A stretch of DNA of 64,000 bases from contig NC_087458.1 in assembly GCF_036321535.1 (NCBI RefSeq), positions 3,162,001-3,226,000 on the forward strand. The letters run 5' to 3'. The notes under the pieces are model-generated. The model did no database searches and had not been told where the DNA came from. It saw only the letters and a program-made list of their open reading frames with translations. Positions 12,401 through 24,900 of this stretch are shown piece by piece (position 1 is the first letter of the stretch; each line of letters begins with the position of its first letter). Both the position numbers and the translations under genes were made by a program. The stretch comes from Camelus dromedarius. Its lineage: Eukaryota.

Positions 12401-14543
12401 GAAGAGATCATGGGGGTCACAGATGGGGTGCTGGAGTTCAGGGTGATTTGGGAAGAGGGTGACATCAGGCTTGAGTCAGGAGCGGGGAGTATGTGGGATA
12501 TGGAGGTGAAGTGGTGAGGTGTAAGGGGTCAAAGCTACTCATCGAGGTTAGAGTTTAGGAGTGGAAGCATTGGGAACCTTCTTACCCAAGTGGCCCTTGG
12601 CACATGGGGCATTGTGAGAGCCCCCTACAGGGCAGCGATAAACGTCCCCTCTTCGGTCGCCTGAAGGCCCATCCCAGGGGGCACCCACCAGCATCCTGGG
12701 AGGAGGACATGAATACAAGCATAGTGTGAATATGACACTTGAGATAGACCAGAGGGAAAGGGCACGGGGATAGCAAGTCTAGAGCTCCAGCCACTTCCAA
12801 AGAACCAGACAAGTTTACATATCCATCTACTTCACCTCCCCTTTAACAGCTCTAGCACAGTCCCAGTCCCATGGCTCTCTGGTTTCCTCCTCACCATCGC
12901 TGTCCACCCCCAACATGTTGCAAGACACTGTATCCAAATTCAGCCTCAGGTGGCCCTGGAAATAGGCGTGGGCGATGCACATCCAGGTTAAAGGGGCAGC
13001 AGAGACCTGGGGGCCAGGATCATAAAGTTAGCAGGATTCAGTTGGTGTGGCTAATGAATGCCCAGAGGTACAACCAGAGAGACGCCATAAAGGGCATGTT
13101 TTGATCTCAATCTCTCTCCCTTCTTCTTACTCATAAGCTCTCCTGGCCTCTGTCAATGTCATGCACCCAGAGCTCCAAGCAAGGATGAGCTCTTTCCTGT
13201 GTTTGGGTCAGATGTCTAACGTGTGGCCCTCTGCCATGCTGTTGCACAGCTGTATTTCCATTCCCACCCCCGAAATCTCATTTACAGACATGTCTGAAAG
13301 GGTCAAGTTCCTCTTTTCTACATCATTCCTCCTACACATCCTTCTCTCCAAGCTATGAAGGTCAAAAGAGGGAGGCCTTTCTGCAGCCTCAGAACAACTG
13401 TTCCTTCCAAAGTCTCCCCAAACCCAGGACCACAGGGAGACAAGAGGTTAAGGAACACTGCAATCCAGGTCTCTCCTTTCCTTCCTCTCTCTTCTTGACT
13501 CCCAGCATCGTTACATCCTCACTTCTTTCTCCAATGTCTAGGTCTCTGGTTGATTCCAGCCCTGAAAACCTCAGTGGTAATTAACTGGGTGGAGCCACTT
13601 GCCTGCCCACACACATGGTTTGCCATCCATCCTTTCCAAGTGTCCCATCACCCCCAATTTCTCACAACCCGCTTCCTTTCTAACTCATCCCCCAGCCAGC
13701 TGCCCCTACCTACCTGCCTTTCTTCCTTAACTCTCAGCCAACTCTAAGACAACCCCTCCGTCTGTACTGGCTGATTCTTCCCTCCCAACCCCTACCCCTT
13801 TAAAATCAGAGCTGGTATTTTAGGAAACGAAGATTACAGGGCACTGATGAGGAAAAATTCCAGGCCTCTTGTCCCTCCCATGGTTCTTTCCCTAACTGTG
13901 TCTTGTTCCTTCCTTTCAAGCAACCCCCTCTCAGGTCACCCTACCACCACTTACACCAATGGTCACAGTTCTGTCTTACAGCATGCTCAGTTTCAGAAAG
14001 GTGTATGTGAGCCTTTTCACATCTAGGAAACCGGCAGGACTGTATGAGCAGGAACTGTATCTCATTGGTTAGGTAAACCCAGGGCTCTGACCATAGTCAA
14101 TCAGTTATGCCTAGGCCCCAGAGACCACCAAGAATAGGCAGAAATAGGGAGGCGGTAATAGTAATCAGACTAGCCACGAGGAAGGTCAGATCATGTTTCC
14201 TCTTGGTCCCTTCACTCCTCCAGGGCTTAGGAGAAAGTTTTAGATGATTGCACACAAATATTACACAAGGCACTGGACAGCTTCAGCCCCTGCCAGGCAG
14301 TCATCTGTGTGGGCATAAGAATGCAAACGTGTGTGCACGCGCGCACACACACGCACACACACACGAGGAATGTAGAAATCAGTTAACCCCTCAACCTAAC
14401 TCCCAAAGAATTTTAACCATAAAGGTCCCAATGCTAAACAATCTCTATCTCTTCCATTCCCACCAGAAACCAAGAACTTAACCTCCCTCACCTGTCAGGA
14501 GCACCAAGGGCAAGGACAGGTAAGGGATGAGGGGGAGCTCCAT
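438..14543 (-). CDS. ITGA10: Integrin alpha-10, complete 30-exon CDS (3504 nt, 1167 aa)
   Basis: Coding exons (5'->3' on minus): 14492-14543, 12895-13006, 12586-12695, 12292-12383, 11953-12067, 10792-10919, 10461-10609, 9640-9790, 9270-9435, 9061-9134, 8678-8822, 8316-8464, 7959-8102, 7619-7822, 7185-7315, 6606-6772, 6368-6510, 5683-5796, 5400-5485, 5105-5246, 4848-4940, 4285-4361, 4038-4127, 3514-3598, 3235-3348, 2897-2977, 2669-2782, 1192-1287, 802-915, 438-503. All introns are GT-AG with consistent phases. Signal peptide [18 protein letters not shown]-domain MIDAS DGSNS...TDGES, FG-GAP and Ca-binding repeats ([18 protein letters not shown]), TM segment, tail [21 protein letters not shown]. 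Confidence 0.98.
2345..2470 (-). mobile_element. tRNA-derived SINE (camelid vic-1-like)
   Basis: Minus strand GGGATATAGCTCAGTGGTAGAG...TGTGTTCAACCCCAGCACC (A and B boxes) followed by a simple-repeat tail. Confidence 0.75.
4477..4658. other. Assembly gap (182 N), ITGA10 intron 21
   Basis: Run of N. Confidence 1.
4659..4815 (-). mobile_element. LINE-1 3' UTR fragment adjoining a gap
   Basis: CCCTGGGCTATACAG...CCCTCTGGTAACCATAAATTTG matches the reverse complement of the L1 3' ends seen elsewhere in the window. Confidence 0.65.
5951..6080 (+). mobile_element. tRNA-Ala-derived SINE (camelid vic-1-like)
   Basis: GGGAGGGTATAGCTCAGTAGTAGAG...CTTAGCATG...GGGTTCAATCC, then an (AAAT)n tail and TAATTACCTCCCCC. 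Confidence 0.8.
11094..11413 (+). mobile_element. 5'-truncated LINE-1 with 16-bp target-site duplication
   Basis: TSD AGAAATAGGTAAAAGA at 11078-11093 and 11414-11429. L1 3' UTR motifs (GACTCATAGAC, TGTATAGCACAGGGAA), AATAAA and an A-tail. Confidence 0.9.
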
Positions 14544-15407
14544 GCCTGGTCGTTCCCTGTCCGTGTGAGAAGTCCTCTGTGCCTCTGTCCCTCTCCTTCT
14601 CTGTTTTCTTTACTTTCTCTCCCATCCTGCCCCCTCCCACTGGCAGCTAAAAATAAAGTTGGGAGGAATGGGAGGAGTAATGGTGGGGAGCCCCAGACCA
14701 AGGAAAGGAGGACTGACCGATTTTAGTGTATTTCTCTGCCTTGGTGCTGCCCCCTGGAGGCGTCGTCTTAGCATCCAAGGAGAACACAGTTCTTGACTTT
14801 CTGTCCTTTCTTTCCCTTTCTTTTAGTCTATCTTTGTGGTTCCAGGCAATGCTTTCCTCGAGTTTGGAATAGAAGGCAGGAGCGGGAGATAGATTCTTTT
14901 TGCTTCCTAACCTTATTTATCTCAACCTGGGATATGGAAGACGAAAGAGCTGACAACAGTGATACATTTCCCACCTACCCAAGGGAGTCCCACCGTGTGA
15001 AGACACAGCCCGCCCACAAACCACGACTTACCATCCCCGCTCCACTTGGTTTTGTTTGTGACTCTTCACCTATGCTGCCTATGACACCATAGTTTTTGGA
15101 GGAGCTATAAACTAGGAACCTGGTGGGAGATGCGCCTTGTGGAACCAGTGTGACTACTTTGCCACAAGGCCCCCAGCTCCTCAGCTGGGCTCTAAACTTC
15201 TGAAGTGGGGGCCGTGGAGCCTCTCAGCTTTTTGTGTCTCTACCATTTAGTATTATGCCCTGCACACTGTAGGTGCTCAATAAAAGTCTGCGGACAATGA
15301 TGCCAGTGGCTAATTCCATGGAAAACCCAAACCACAGTGACAGAAATAGGCGCCTCAGAGGACCAGAACACATGGGACCAGACCAAACTTCAGTGAGTGA
15401 ATTGATC

Positions 15408-15413
15408 TTTAAT
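15408..15413 (-). terminator. Candidate PEX11B polyadenylation signal (ATTAAA)
   Basis: TTTAAT on + strand about 840 nt past the PEX11B stop, followed on the minus strand by a GU-rich tract (GGTCTGGTCCCATGTGTTCTGGTCC). Confidence 0.55.
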
Positions 15414-16250
15414 CTGCTAACCTGGAAGGCTTGCTCTCCATCATGGGCAAGGGCCTCAGCTATTTACACAGAATCATTGTACAGTATTTACAGCAAGATG
15501 CCAGACACAGCATCATTGGATAGGCAAAGAAGGGGTAAGAAAAGGCCAGATCAAGCCATGAAATCAAAGTGTAGGCAGAAATCTGCAGGTGTACACAGAG
15601 GGAAGGGTAAGGGCAAGTCATGAGGAAGGTTGGTGAGGCCGACACGGGAGAGGAAGAAGAAGCGTGAAGCCAGCTCTGGGGCCCGTGGGAAGGGCTCACT
15701 GGAACGTAAAGCCCTTAAATTTATGATGTGGAGTATGAAGGGGGGAGTAACTGCCACAGGTCACCCTTGTGAGAAAAAAGAAGGCAGTTAGAACTCCACA
15801 GACCACATGGGACTTCTCTTTCTGACTATACTTCAATAAAAACAATAATAATTTAAAAAAGAACTTTACAGACCATACCTTCTACCTCCCACATCAAAAA
15901 GTAATTCTGCTGTGGATTAAATTCCTAGGATAGGGTACTGAGAAGGTAAAAGAGATGCAGACACAGAATCTTAAACAGACTTGAAAGAGACACAGGAAAA
16001 AGAGTCAAGACAATACAATGAAAGAGGAAAAGAACAAGAAATCAGCAGATATGAACATCAGAATCATCCCACCGACTTTGCAAGACAGCTTTCCTCCCCT
16101 CATCTTCCCCAAAGCTTCCCCCTCTACCCTTGAATCTCTGGATTTCAACTTTAACCAAGGAGTAGAGTTAGAATGGGACTGCTACATGGGGACAACCTAA
16201 AATTCCATCCCACCAATTCAGGCCCCTCCTTATCCTGTACCACCAGAACA

Positions 16251-19200
16251 TCAAGGCTTGAGTCGTAGCCAAGGGCAGATTAGGGTGAGAATAGACAGGA
16301 TGGAGGACACAAGGCCACAAAACCCCACAATCCCAGGGCCACAGTGCCAGAGGCCTAGCTTGTCCAGTGGAATGAAGAGATCGCAGGCATTTCTGACCAC
16401 ATCGAGCAGAAGAGGGGGATGACCTCGAAGGACCCGAGCCAGGAGCAGGACTCGGAGTCGAAGCTTCAGAGCTACTTGGGGCAGGCTTCCTCCTGGAGTT
16501 CCTGGACTCCCAGCTCCCCCAGTTTCAATTCCTCCTGGGACTCCTCCTCCAGAGCCCTTCAGTCGCCGGCTACAAGCTGAAGACTCTTGTTCCATCAGGA
16601 GGCGAATCTCATAAGCATCACGGCTCAAATTCATGATGAGGGAAAACAGATAATACCTGGGATACACAGGGCAGTAGAGTCGGTAAGGGTACGTATACCT
16701 ACTTACATCCAACAGAACACTTACACTTCTTTTTTCCCCCCATAGTGCAAAAGGATTACACATTAGAATACCAGAAGGGAATGTTATTGCCCACTCTCAC
16801 AAATGGCCTTCCACCTTTCTGTAACTAATGGGATTTATGTGCACCTTAAGATCCTCGCTTAAAATTCATGAGTCATGAAATATTCCAAGATCAACCTCAA
16901 ATTTCACTTTTCCACTTGGCAACCCATTAGTGCACACACATTCAACTTGAACTATAACAATGCAAATTTATTTTAAAAGAACAGCTTCAGTTGTTTCAAA
17001 GACTCAGATGTATAGACCATTTAAATCCAATCCTTCCATTAAAAGAAAAAAAAAAAGCTAAGCCCACCTTGCCAAATGAGTTGGATTATAAATTCCTTAA
17101 GAACAGTCTATGTCTTTTTTATTTTTAATCCATTCTGACAACAGTGGTCTGTATTCAATATAATTGTCCTAACTCTAAAACATATCCTGACTCTGACCAC
17201 ATCTATCTTTTATACTCCACCACCACAGTCTGAGCCACCATCATCTCTTCCTTGAACTACTACTTTAGTCTTTTAACTGGTTTCTCCACAGCCACACTTG
17301 CTCCCCACTCCCAACAATCTAATCTCATACAGTAGCTGGCATAAACATAAATCACATCATTATTCCCTTTCTTAAAACTCTCCAAGGTTTCCTCCCTACC
17401 ACATTTAGAATAAACTACTTTAGGCAGGCATATAGAACTCAACATCTGACTCTGTCTCTCTAACTTCATCTTGTACCATGCTTTCCCTTAATCGCTATGC
17501 TCCAAACACATTAGGTTCTTTCTGTATTTTGATCCTATTAAGCTCGTTTCTGTTTTAGAAACTTTATACCACATACTCCCTCAACCTGAAATATTCTCCC
17601 TCCAAAATCTTCTCATGGCTGGTTCTTCCTTGCACTTCAAGTTTGAGCTTAAATGTCACACTTCAACGTGATACACACACACACACACACAACTGAATAC
17701 TACTCAGCCATAAAAAAGAATGAAATAATGTCATCTGCAGCAACATGATGAACCTAGAGAGCTTATCACACTAAGCGAAGTAAGCCAGAGAAAGACAAGT
17801 ATCATATGATATCACTTATATGTGGGATCTAAAATATGACACAAATGAACTTATTTACAAAACAGAAATAGATTCACAGAAAACAAACTGATAGTTACCA
17901 AAGGAGAGGGGTGTGGGGGAGGGCCATATTAGGAGTATGAGATTAGCAGATATAAACTACTGTATATAAAATAAACAACGAGGTCCTACTGTATAGCACA
18001 GGGAACTATATTCAGTATCTTGTAATATACCATAATGGAAAAGAACATGAAAAAGAAAAAAATTTATATATATATCTCTGAATCACTTTGCTATACACCA
18101 GAAACTAACAAAACATTGTAAATCAACTATATTTCAATTAAAATAAATAAATAAATAAATAAATATTATCTCTTTAGGGATGTATTCTCCGACCTCCCAA
18201 TTCTAAAGTAGCGAGCCATTTACTGTCTACCACATGACTTTTTTAACTTCCTGCATTGCATTTACCACTCTCTGTCATTTTTCTCATTTATTGTTTCTTT
18301 GCTCTTACTGTTACAATGTAAGCACCACTGGAGCAGGGATCTTGTTTGTCTTTAGCACTGTGTCTAGACCAGTGCTCGGCACATACTAAGAGCTCTATAA
18401 ATATTTATTGAATAAAATGAATAAACATGGCATATAAACCCTTCTGGGGAGTTGTTTCTCCATACCACTCCAGCCATGCCTCCACTCCCACCCCTCATAC
18501 ATCCTAAGCCATGTTATAAATATAAATGATAAAGATGAAGAGAAAAGCAAGACATAAATGTAGAAGGAAAGATGCTAATGTAAAATGACAAAGAATCATT
18601 GGAGAACAAAAAACCAATACAGATGATATGTATACAGATCATTTAACTCCCAAATCATGATTCTTTCCACTTTCATCACCAGCCTGCTCCTCAGTCCAAG
18701 CCAACATCATCTCTTGACCACATTAGGGCATCTCCTCCTCTTTTGCTCTACAGCAATCCATTTTCCACACTACAGCATGAGAGATCTTTTTTGAACACAA
18801 TTTGAATTATGTCACATCTCTGCTCAGAACCCACTGTACTTAGGATAAAATTTAAACAAAAAAAAAAACCCTTACCATTGCCTACAAGGCTTTGCATGAA
18901 TGACCTGGACCCTGTCTGCCTCTCCAGTTTGAACTTTTAGCCTTAAGTCCATCACACTGGTTTTCTTTCTATTTCTCTAATTCCATGAAGTCTTTCTTGG
19001 CTCAGTCCTTAAAGTGTGCTATTTTCTGTTTGGGAAGATCTTCTCTGCTACTGTTTGCTTTGTATAACTTCTACTCAGACTTCAAGTCTGAAACAAATTT
19101 AATTTTCTCAAAGAATTCTTCCTTGACTTTTCAATCTAAATTAGTTCCCCGTGTTATATATCTCATAACATCGTGTACTTCCCCACAAATATTTGGTTTG

Positions 19201-21239
19201 GTGATTATTTGTCTTAATCCCTGACTCCTCCACTAGACTAGAAGCTTCATGAGAGCAGGAACCATAACTGTTTGGCCCTTTGCTGTATTCCCTGGCTCAC
19301 AGCAAGAACCTACTAAATATTTTTAGAATGAATGAATGAGCAGGCAATGAGGGGCATAACCTGTGGTACAGACAGACGCAGAATTAAAGAAATAAAATTA
19401 ATATCTAATCTTGCCCGATCTTAGTCATTCATCATGGAAGAGCATCTGTCTTCCATCTTCCCCTATTCATTATTCTCTGATAGTTTAAGATCTAAATGAA
19501 GATTGGAAGCCAAGTGATTAAGATGTGTATATTCTCAGAGAAGCCCCTGAGAGACTGTTCTTTCATAAAAGGCCAGCTATGCAGTATGGAGAATACAAAA
19601 GGNNNNNNNNNNNNNNNNNNNNNNNNNNNNNNNNNNNNNNNNNNNNNNNNNNNNNNNNNNNNNNNNNNNNNNNNNNNNNNNNNNNNNNNNNNNNNNNNNN
19701 NNNNNNNNNNNNNNNNNNNNNNNNNNNNNNNNNNNNNNNNNNNNNNNNNNNNNNNNNNNNNNNNNNNNNNNNNNNNNNNNNNCTCGTTTGGCTGACTCAA
19801 GGGCATCTGCCGAGTTACCGAGGCGTAGGACTTGCGGAGGTTAGCAAAGAAAAGCAAGGATTTGGGAAAGCAGAGAGGCAAATAGAGAGCAAGACACAGA
19901 GAAAGAGAGAGCGCAAGAGGGTGAAAGTCGAGCAAGTGATAAAAAACAATAACAAACAATTTTAAGTGCAGAAAGAGTTCATTCTATTTTACTTCAAGAT
20001 TTAATCAATTTGTGTCCCAGGTTAGTTTTCTCAAATTTGCCCCATTCTTTCTAATCCTTCATTACTCTTACCCCTGCTCTCTTGTCCGGGTCAGGAGGCA
20101 TGCAGAGAGTAAGTGCAGAGGAAATGAGGGAGAAGAACCGGCAGAGAAGGTCAAAAACAGGACGGAGGGACTAAGGAAGAAAAGCTGGGGATGGAGGAAG
20201 TGTTGGATTAATAAAAGGAAAGGCACAGTTACTTACGCTTTCTTCCTAGGCTCAGATGACCCTCCAGTTGTCGAATCTGTTTCTGTAACTCAGGACTGGC
20301 CCCATGTTTCTGTAGAGCATGGCCAAGAAGGGAGCAAGCATACTGGGCAGCCCTGGAGGAGAGAGAGGACAGGTAAGGTAAGGTGGAGGCCTCCCTAACC
20401 TCCCTCTCAAAAGTGTCCTCCAAAAGGCGAGTCCTCCCTGGACCCCTCCTTTTCCCCGTTTGAGACATTTCCCTCTCCTCCTCTTCATGCCCACATCTCA
20501 CCGTTTCTCCTCCAGGCCAGGGGAAGAGAAAGACGTAAGGATTAAAAAAAAAAGGAGCCTAGAAGGGGGTGGGGAGCACTCTCTAGAACTGAGGAAACGA
20601 GAGATTTGACAATGACGAGGACTGAAGGGGATAATGAAGGCGGCAGGGGGTCCATCACAAGCACATCAGTGTGAGCATCTTTGTGATATGTGAGGGAGTG
20701 GGGGATAGCTGGAGGGCAGATTATTCTTCAGAATAGGTGGACTAAGATTTTCAAGGCCCTTGAGATGAATCGAGACTAAAAGCCAGGGCGGGGAGACAGA
20801 GGAGTTCGCGGGTGACAGAAGGCTGAGGGGACAGGGAAACTTCGGAGCGCCTCGTCAGCCCTGGGGACAGAGTCCAGGTCGCTATCCGCCACGGGGCGAA
20901 CGCTCCTCGTCCCACCGGTGCCCAGTGAGGAAACTGTCGGTCTCATGTCAACACGCAACCCTGAGCGGCCTCCCCGCTGGCCCACTCGTGCCTCAGTTTT
21001 CCCATCTTTCCCGCGGGCAGAAACGAATCATGGCCTCATAGCCGGCTCAACAGAGAGCCTCGCGTTCCGTCCGGGACCTCGTACCCTGAGTTGACCCTTT
21101 TTGACCCCCGTAGTGGGAACCTGACCTCGCCTCACGAGGCTCTTCCCCTGCCCGCCCTCCCCCAACTCCTCTTCGGGCCGCACCTACACAGCCGCTCCCG
21201 GGCCTGGCTCTGAGCGCTGAAGCGGACCCAGGCGTCCAT
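16251..21239 (-). CDS. PEX11B: Peroxisomal biogenesis factor 11 beta, 4 coding exons (exon 3 mostly in N-gap)
   Basis: Exon 1 21184-21239 ([18 protein letters not shown]). Exon 2 20237-20352 ([38 protein letters not shown]). Exon 3 starts at 19830 ([15 protein letters not shown]) and runs into gap 19603-19782. Exon 4 16251-16656 ([20 protein letters not shown]...PWLRLKP*). Confidence 0.97.
17180..18430 (+). mobile_element. Ancient L2 fragment interrupted by a younger L1 3' end (17691-18164)
   Basis: L2-like CTTCAAGTTTGAGCTTAAATGTCAC resumes after an L1 3' segment (TACTCAGCCATAAAAAAGAATGAAATAATG...TATAGCACAGGGAACTAT...(AAAT)n). L2 tail AAATATTTATTGAATAAAATGAAT. Confidence 0.7.
19603..19782. 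other. Assembly gap (180 N), covers most of PEX11B exon 3
   Basis: Run of N. Confidence 1.
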
Positions 21240-21650
21240 GACAGCGGCGGCCCCGGCTCCGCAGATCTGCTCCCGCCCCACTTCCCGCCCCTAGTCACGC
21301 CTCCCGGACGACCCGACGGTGCCGCGCGAGGGACAAACATCATCAGGAAAGAAAGCGCCTGCAGCCGGCCCCTGAAGCGGCATTTCAGAACGAGCAGCAC
21401 TTGTCTCTGGGCCTACACCTGCGTGTTTTTGCGCGCGTCTCCATCAGCGCGTCCTTTTGTCAGATGATCTCTATTTCTTAAGCCCGCCTGCGGAGGCACA
21501 TTTTCCTTTAAATAGTCTGGACCAAGGGCGGGGCTTGCAGGATGCGGCCGGGGCCAGAAGGTGCCGCAGTGCTCTCGCCGGGGCCTCTAGGATAGCGTTC
21601 CCTCCACCCTGGAGCGCGTTCAACAGAACACCCCAGTGAGTTCACACACT
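20800..21650. promoter_or_regulatory. CpG island; PEX11B / GNRHR2 head-to-head promoter
   Basis: High CpG density and GC boxes (CCCGCCCC, GGGGCGGG). The two ATGs (21239 -, 21931 +) are about 690 nt apart. Confidence 0.8.
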
Positions 21651-21930
21651 GACTCACTCGCACGCTCCAGCCGAATCCAGGACTCTGGGCGCTAAAGAAG
21701 TCAATGGAAGCAGAAGCCTACACCGGATTCCTGTTCCCTGCAGGACCCTGACAGTTGGACAGGTGACTTCCAGAATACGGATGGAGTCTCCAGAGACAGA
21801 CGCTTTAGTGGACGAAATTCGCCAAACAACCAACTTAAGATCCTAAAAGGGAGAGAGAACAATCAGCGGACGCAGCTAATCTCTTCAAACCCACACTTTA
21901 TCCCCTCACCCCTTGCCTTTCCAGGTCACC

Positions 21931-24900
21931 ATGTCTGCAGGAAACGGCACCCCTTCGGGGTCAGCAGCAGGGGAGGTCTGGGCGGGGTCAGGAGTAGAAG
22001 TGGAGGGCTCAGAGCTGCCCACCTTCTCAGTTGCAGCCAAGGTCCGAGTGGGAGTGACCGTTGTGCTGTTTATTTCTTCGGCTGGAGGGAACCTGGCTGT
22101 GCTGTGGTCAGTGACACGGCCGCAACCTAGCCAGCTCCGCCCCTCTCCGGTACGACGACTCTTTGCTCATTTAGCAGCTGCCGACTTACTGGTCACTTTT
22201 GTGGTTATGCCTCTAGATGCCACCTGGAATATCACTGTTCAGTGGCTGGCCGGGGATATCGCATGTCGGACACTCATGTTCCTGAAACTAATGGCTATGT
22301 ATGCCGCAGCTTTCCTGCCTGTGGTCATTGGGCTCGACCGCCAGGCAGCCGTACTCCACCCGCTTGGACCCCGCTCAACTGGAGGGAAACTTCTGGGGGC
22401 AGCCTGGGGACTTAGTTTCCTGCTTGCCTTGCCCCAGGTGAGTGACTTGCCGGCACTTACGGCTAGACTCAACAAGAATTTGGGTATACAACATGAGCCT
22501 TCGGTTTCAAGGGGTGTGCGTGGCCGCGGTCACCATTAATCCTCAGCGGGGGAGCCTCTGCTATCTCTTTTGCAAGTTACCATCATCGAGTGTTAATTTG
22601 TATTTTTGTAAAGAGCCTTTGATTTTACTACACTTGACTTCCACCTTTTTGCATCCTCCCTCCCAACCTTTTTCAGATGCAGAACTCTAGGGCAGGGAGG
22701 AAACATATATGGGAAGAAGACAGTTAAGTCAGTGACTTTGGACAAAACTTTGTGGTATTCATTCATCAATCCAAAAAATAATGTGCATCCCCTAGGTACA
22801 ATCAAAAGTTCTATCAAGGATAGAGCGACAAAGTCTTGCCTCCAAGAAATTTTTAAACTAGTGCAGAGTCAAATTAATATGCAATTAGAACACAGTGTGT
22901 AGTCGAGCGTTAATCTAAGCATAAGGAGCTAAAGAACAACGGAGATGTCTGACCCACTCTTGGACAGTTAGGGAAAGCTTCCTGACTTCCCAGAGACGTT
23001 AAAAGTTGATTCTTGGAAGTCAGACAAGTTAAAGCAGGACTGCTGGGGAGGGTAGAGGGTAGACAATCTCACAGTGGTTGCAGCTCAAGATGAGGGCTAG
23101 AGAATGGTGAATAATGAACCCTGGGGGGAATGAAGAACGAGATCACAAATATTAGGCTTGTAGTTTATCCTGAGGGCATTGGAGACTCTAAAGTAAAAGG
23201 TAGAGAGTGACAATTAGATTTGCCATTTTTTACTCTAACTTTATGGTGGGTGTCAGAACCGGGGGAAAGGGGGAGCATCTGAACTTGAGGACCAGTTAAT
23301 CAAATCTCAATACTGAAAATGAACTAGAAATCTAGAAAAAAGCAATTCTTTCAAAACCAAAACCACTACCACTATCTGGGAGGAGGGAGTAAAGCAGCAT
23401 CTCTGAGACAAGGATTAGGGTTATGTCAGGACGGAGTCTATAATTTCAGCCTCTGGAATAATACATTCTAGAGCCAGATTTAAGATTTGACCCTTAAATC
23501 CTTAAATATTATAAATTAACTATCAGTTAGTCTGACCGTAGTTCTAAAGTAGGAAGTATTGCTTCCAACAGTATGTTGCAAACAGGACCTCTGCTACCCC
23601 AAGTTTTAAAAAGCAGCCTGTTGCCTCCATGCAAAAGGAGTTACAGTTGAATTTATATGAAGCGAATTTTAGATGTGAGCTGGGAGTTAGGAAGAAGCCT
23701 GTTTTTGACGTTTGCTTGTTTTACTTTTGCTTTTTGAGTCTAGGCTCTACCACAACTAGCTGTATGACTGGCTAAATCCCTTGAAATATATAGGCCACAA
23801 GATAATGGAATAGCAAATGAATTTCATCCTTTCTTGCAGTCTGAAAACCTGACAATAGTGCAACCTCCATTTGCTTCAACAGCAACCTGGTAACATCATG
23901 ATTGAGGTTCAAAAGGTGCTATTTTGGGTTCCACATTAGCATCCTCCTATGTAAATTCTGCACTGCCCTTATGTTGCACTTAAAATATTAGTGTCAGTAA
24001 AAAAAAACTTTTTTGTTAGTGTGGTGAAGGGAACATTCTTGTAGTTAGAAACTATTTTTATAGACTCGAGTTTCCAAGTTATCAGAAGTAGCTGAAAAGG
24101 TTTCCACAGTCGATGGTAAATTGCGTATCAGATAAGAAAAGAAGAGGCAGAAGTGGGGCCATGGACCAAAATGTGAGTCCAGGAGCCCTGCCTATTTTAA
24201 ACTCCTTCTCACAAGGTGTCAAGTATTTCTAGGTGTACTATAACCCGCCCCCCCCCCAAAACAAAACCCTCAAAATATATGGACTCAAGATAGGGGAAGA
24301 GGAAAAACCACTCCCCAACTGACTTAGAATCGCCTGATCCTAAGTCCAAGCAGTTCATTTAATTGCATGTCTGTGGCTGATACTATTTACCTTTCCTAAA
24401 AGTCCCTCATGTTTGCTGAAATCACTTTCCAAAATGCCTTATATCTAAGAATCTGATACCTACAAAGCTTGCCTTCTATCAAACTAATAGTGACTCAATC
24501 CACCTTACCTGAACTGAGGTAGTCAACCTGAAGCTCTCAACTGAAAAATACTCCCTACTGACTCAAAGCAAAACCCCAGCAGTTTGCCAAAAAGGGGAAG
24601 GGGCAGCCAACAGCATTTGGAAAATGTTAGATTTTATTTAACATTGTTTCACCATCATAGTTACTGTACATATGACTATTACTAAAGGTCACTTTACAGA
24701 GTGGCTGCAAAATGGCCTGAAACTTTAGCAGCACCTGTTTTATACAAGATTTCTTGTTTTCACAGAATCAATCACACACATCATGAAAATCATTTCAGCT
24801 CAAAAGGTTGGTGAGGTGGTAGATACCCTTTTATGAAGTTCAATGTTAGAATAGTATTTGAAAAGGCAAGGTTTTTTTTTTCCTTTTTGTTCTAAATGTA

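Noticed and set aside
21913-21930. N-terminal extension MPFQVT on the GNRHR2 ORF, and read-through to 22539
   Set aside because: The extension starts at TTG within an acceptor pyrimidine tract, and the C-terminal extension runs past the GT donor at 22438. Both are ORF-caller artefacts.
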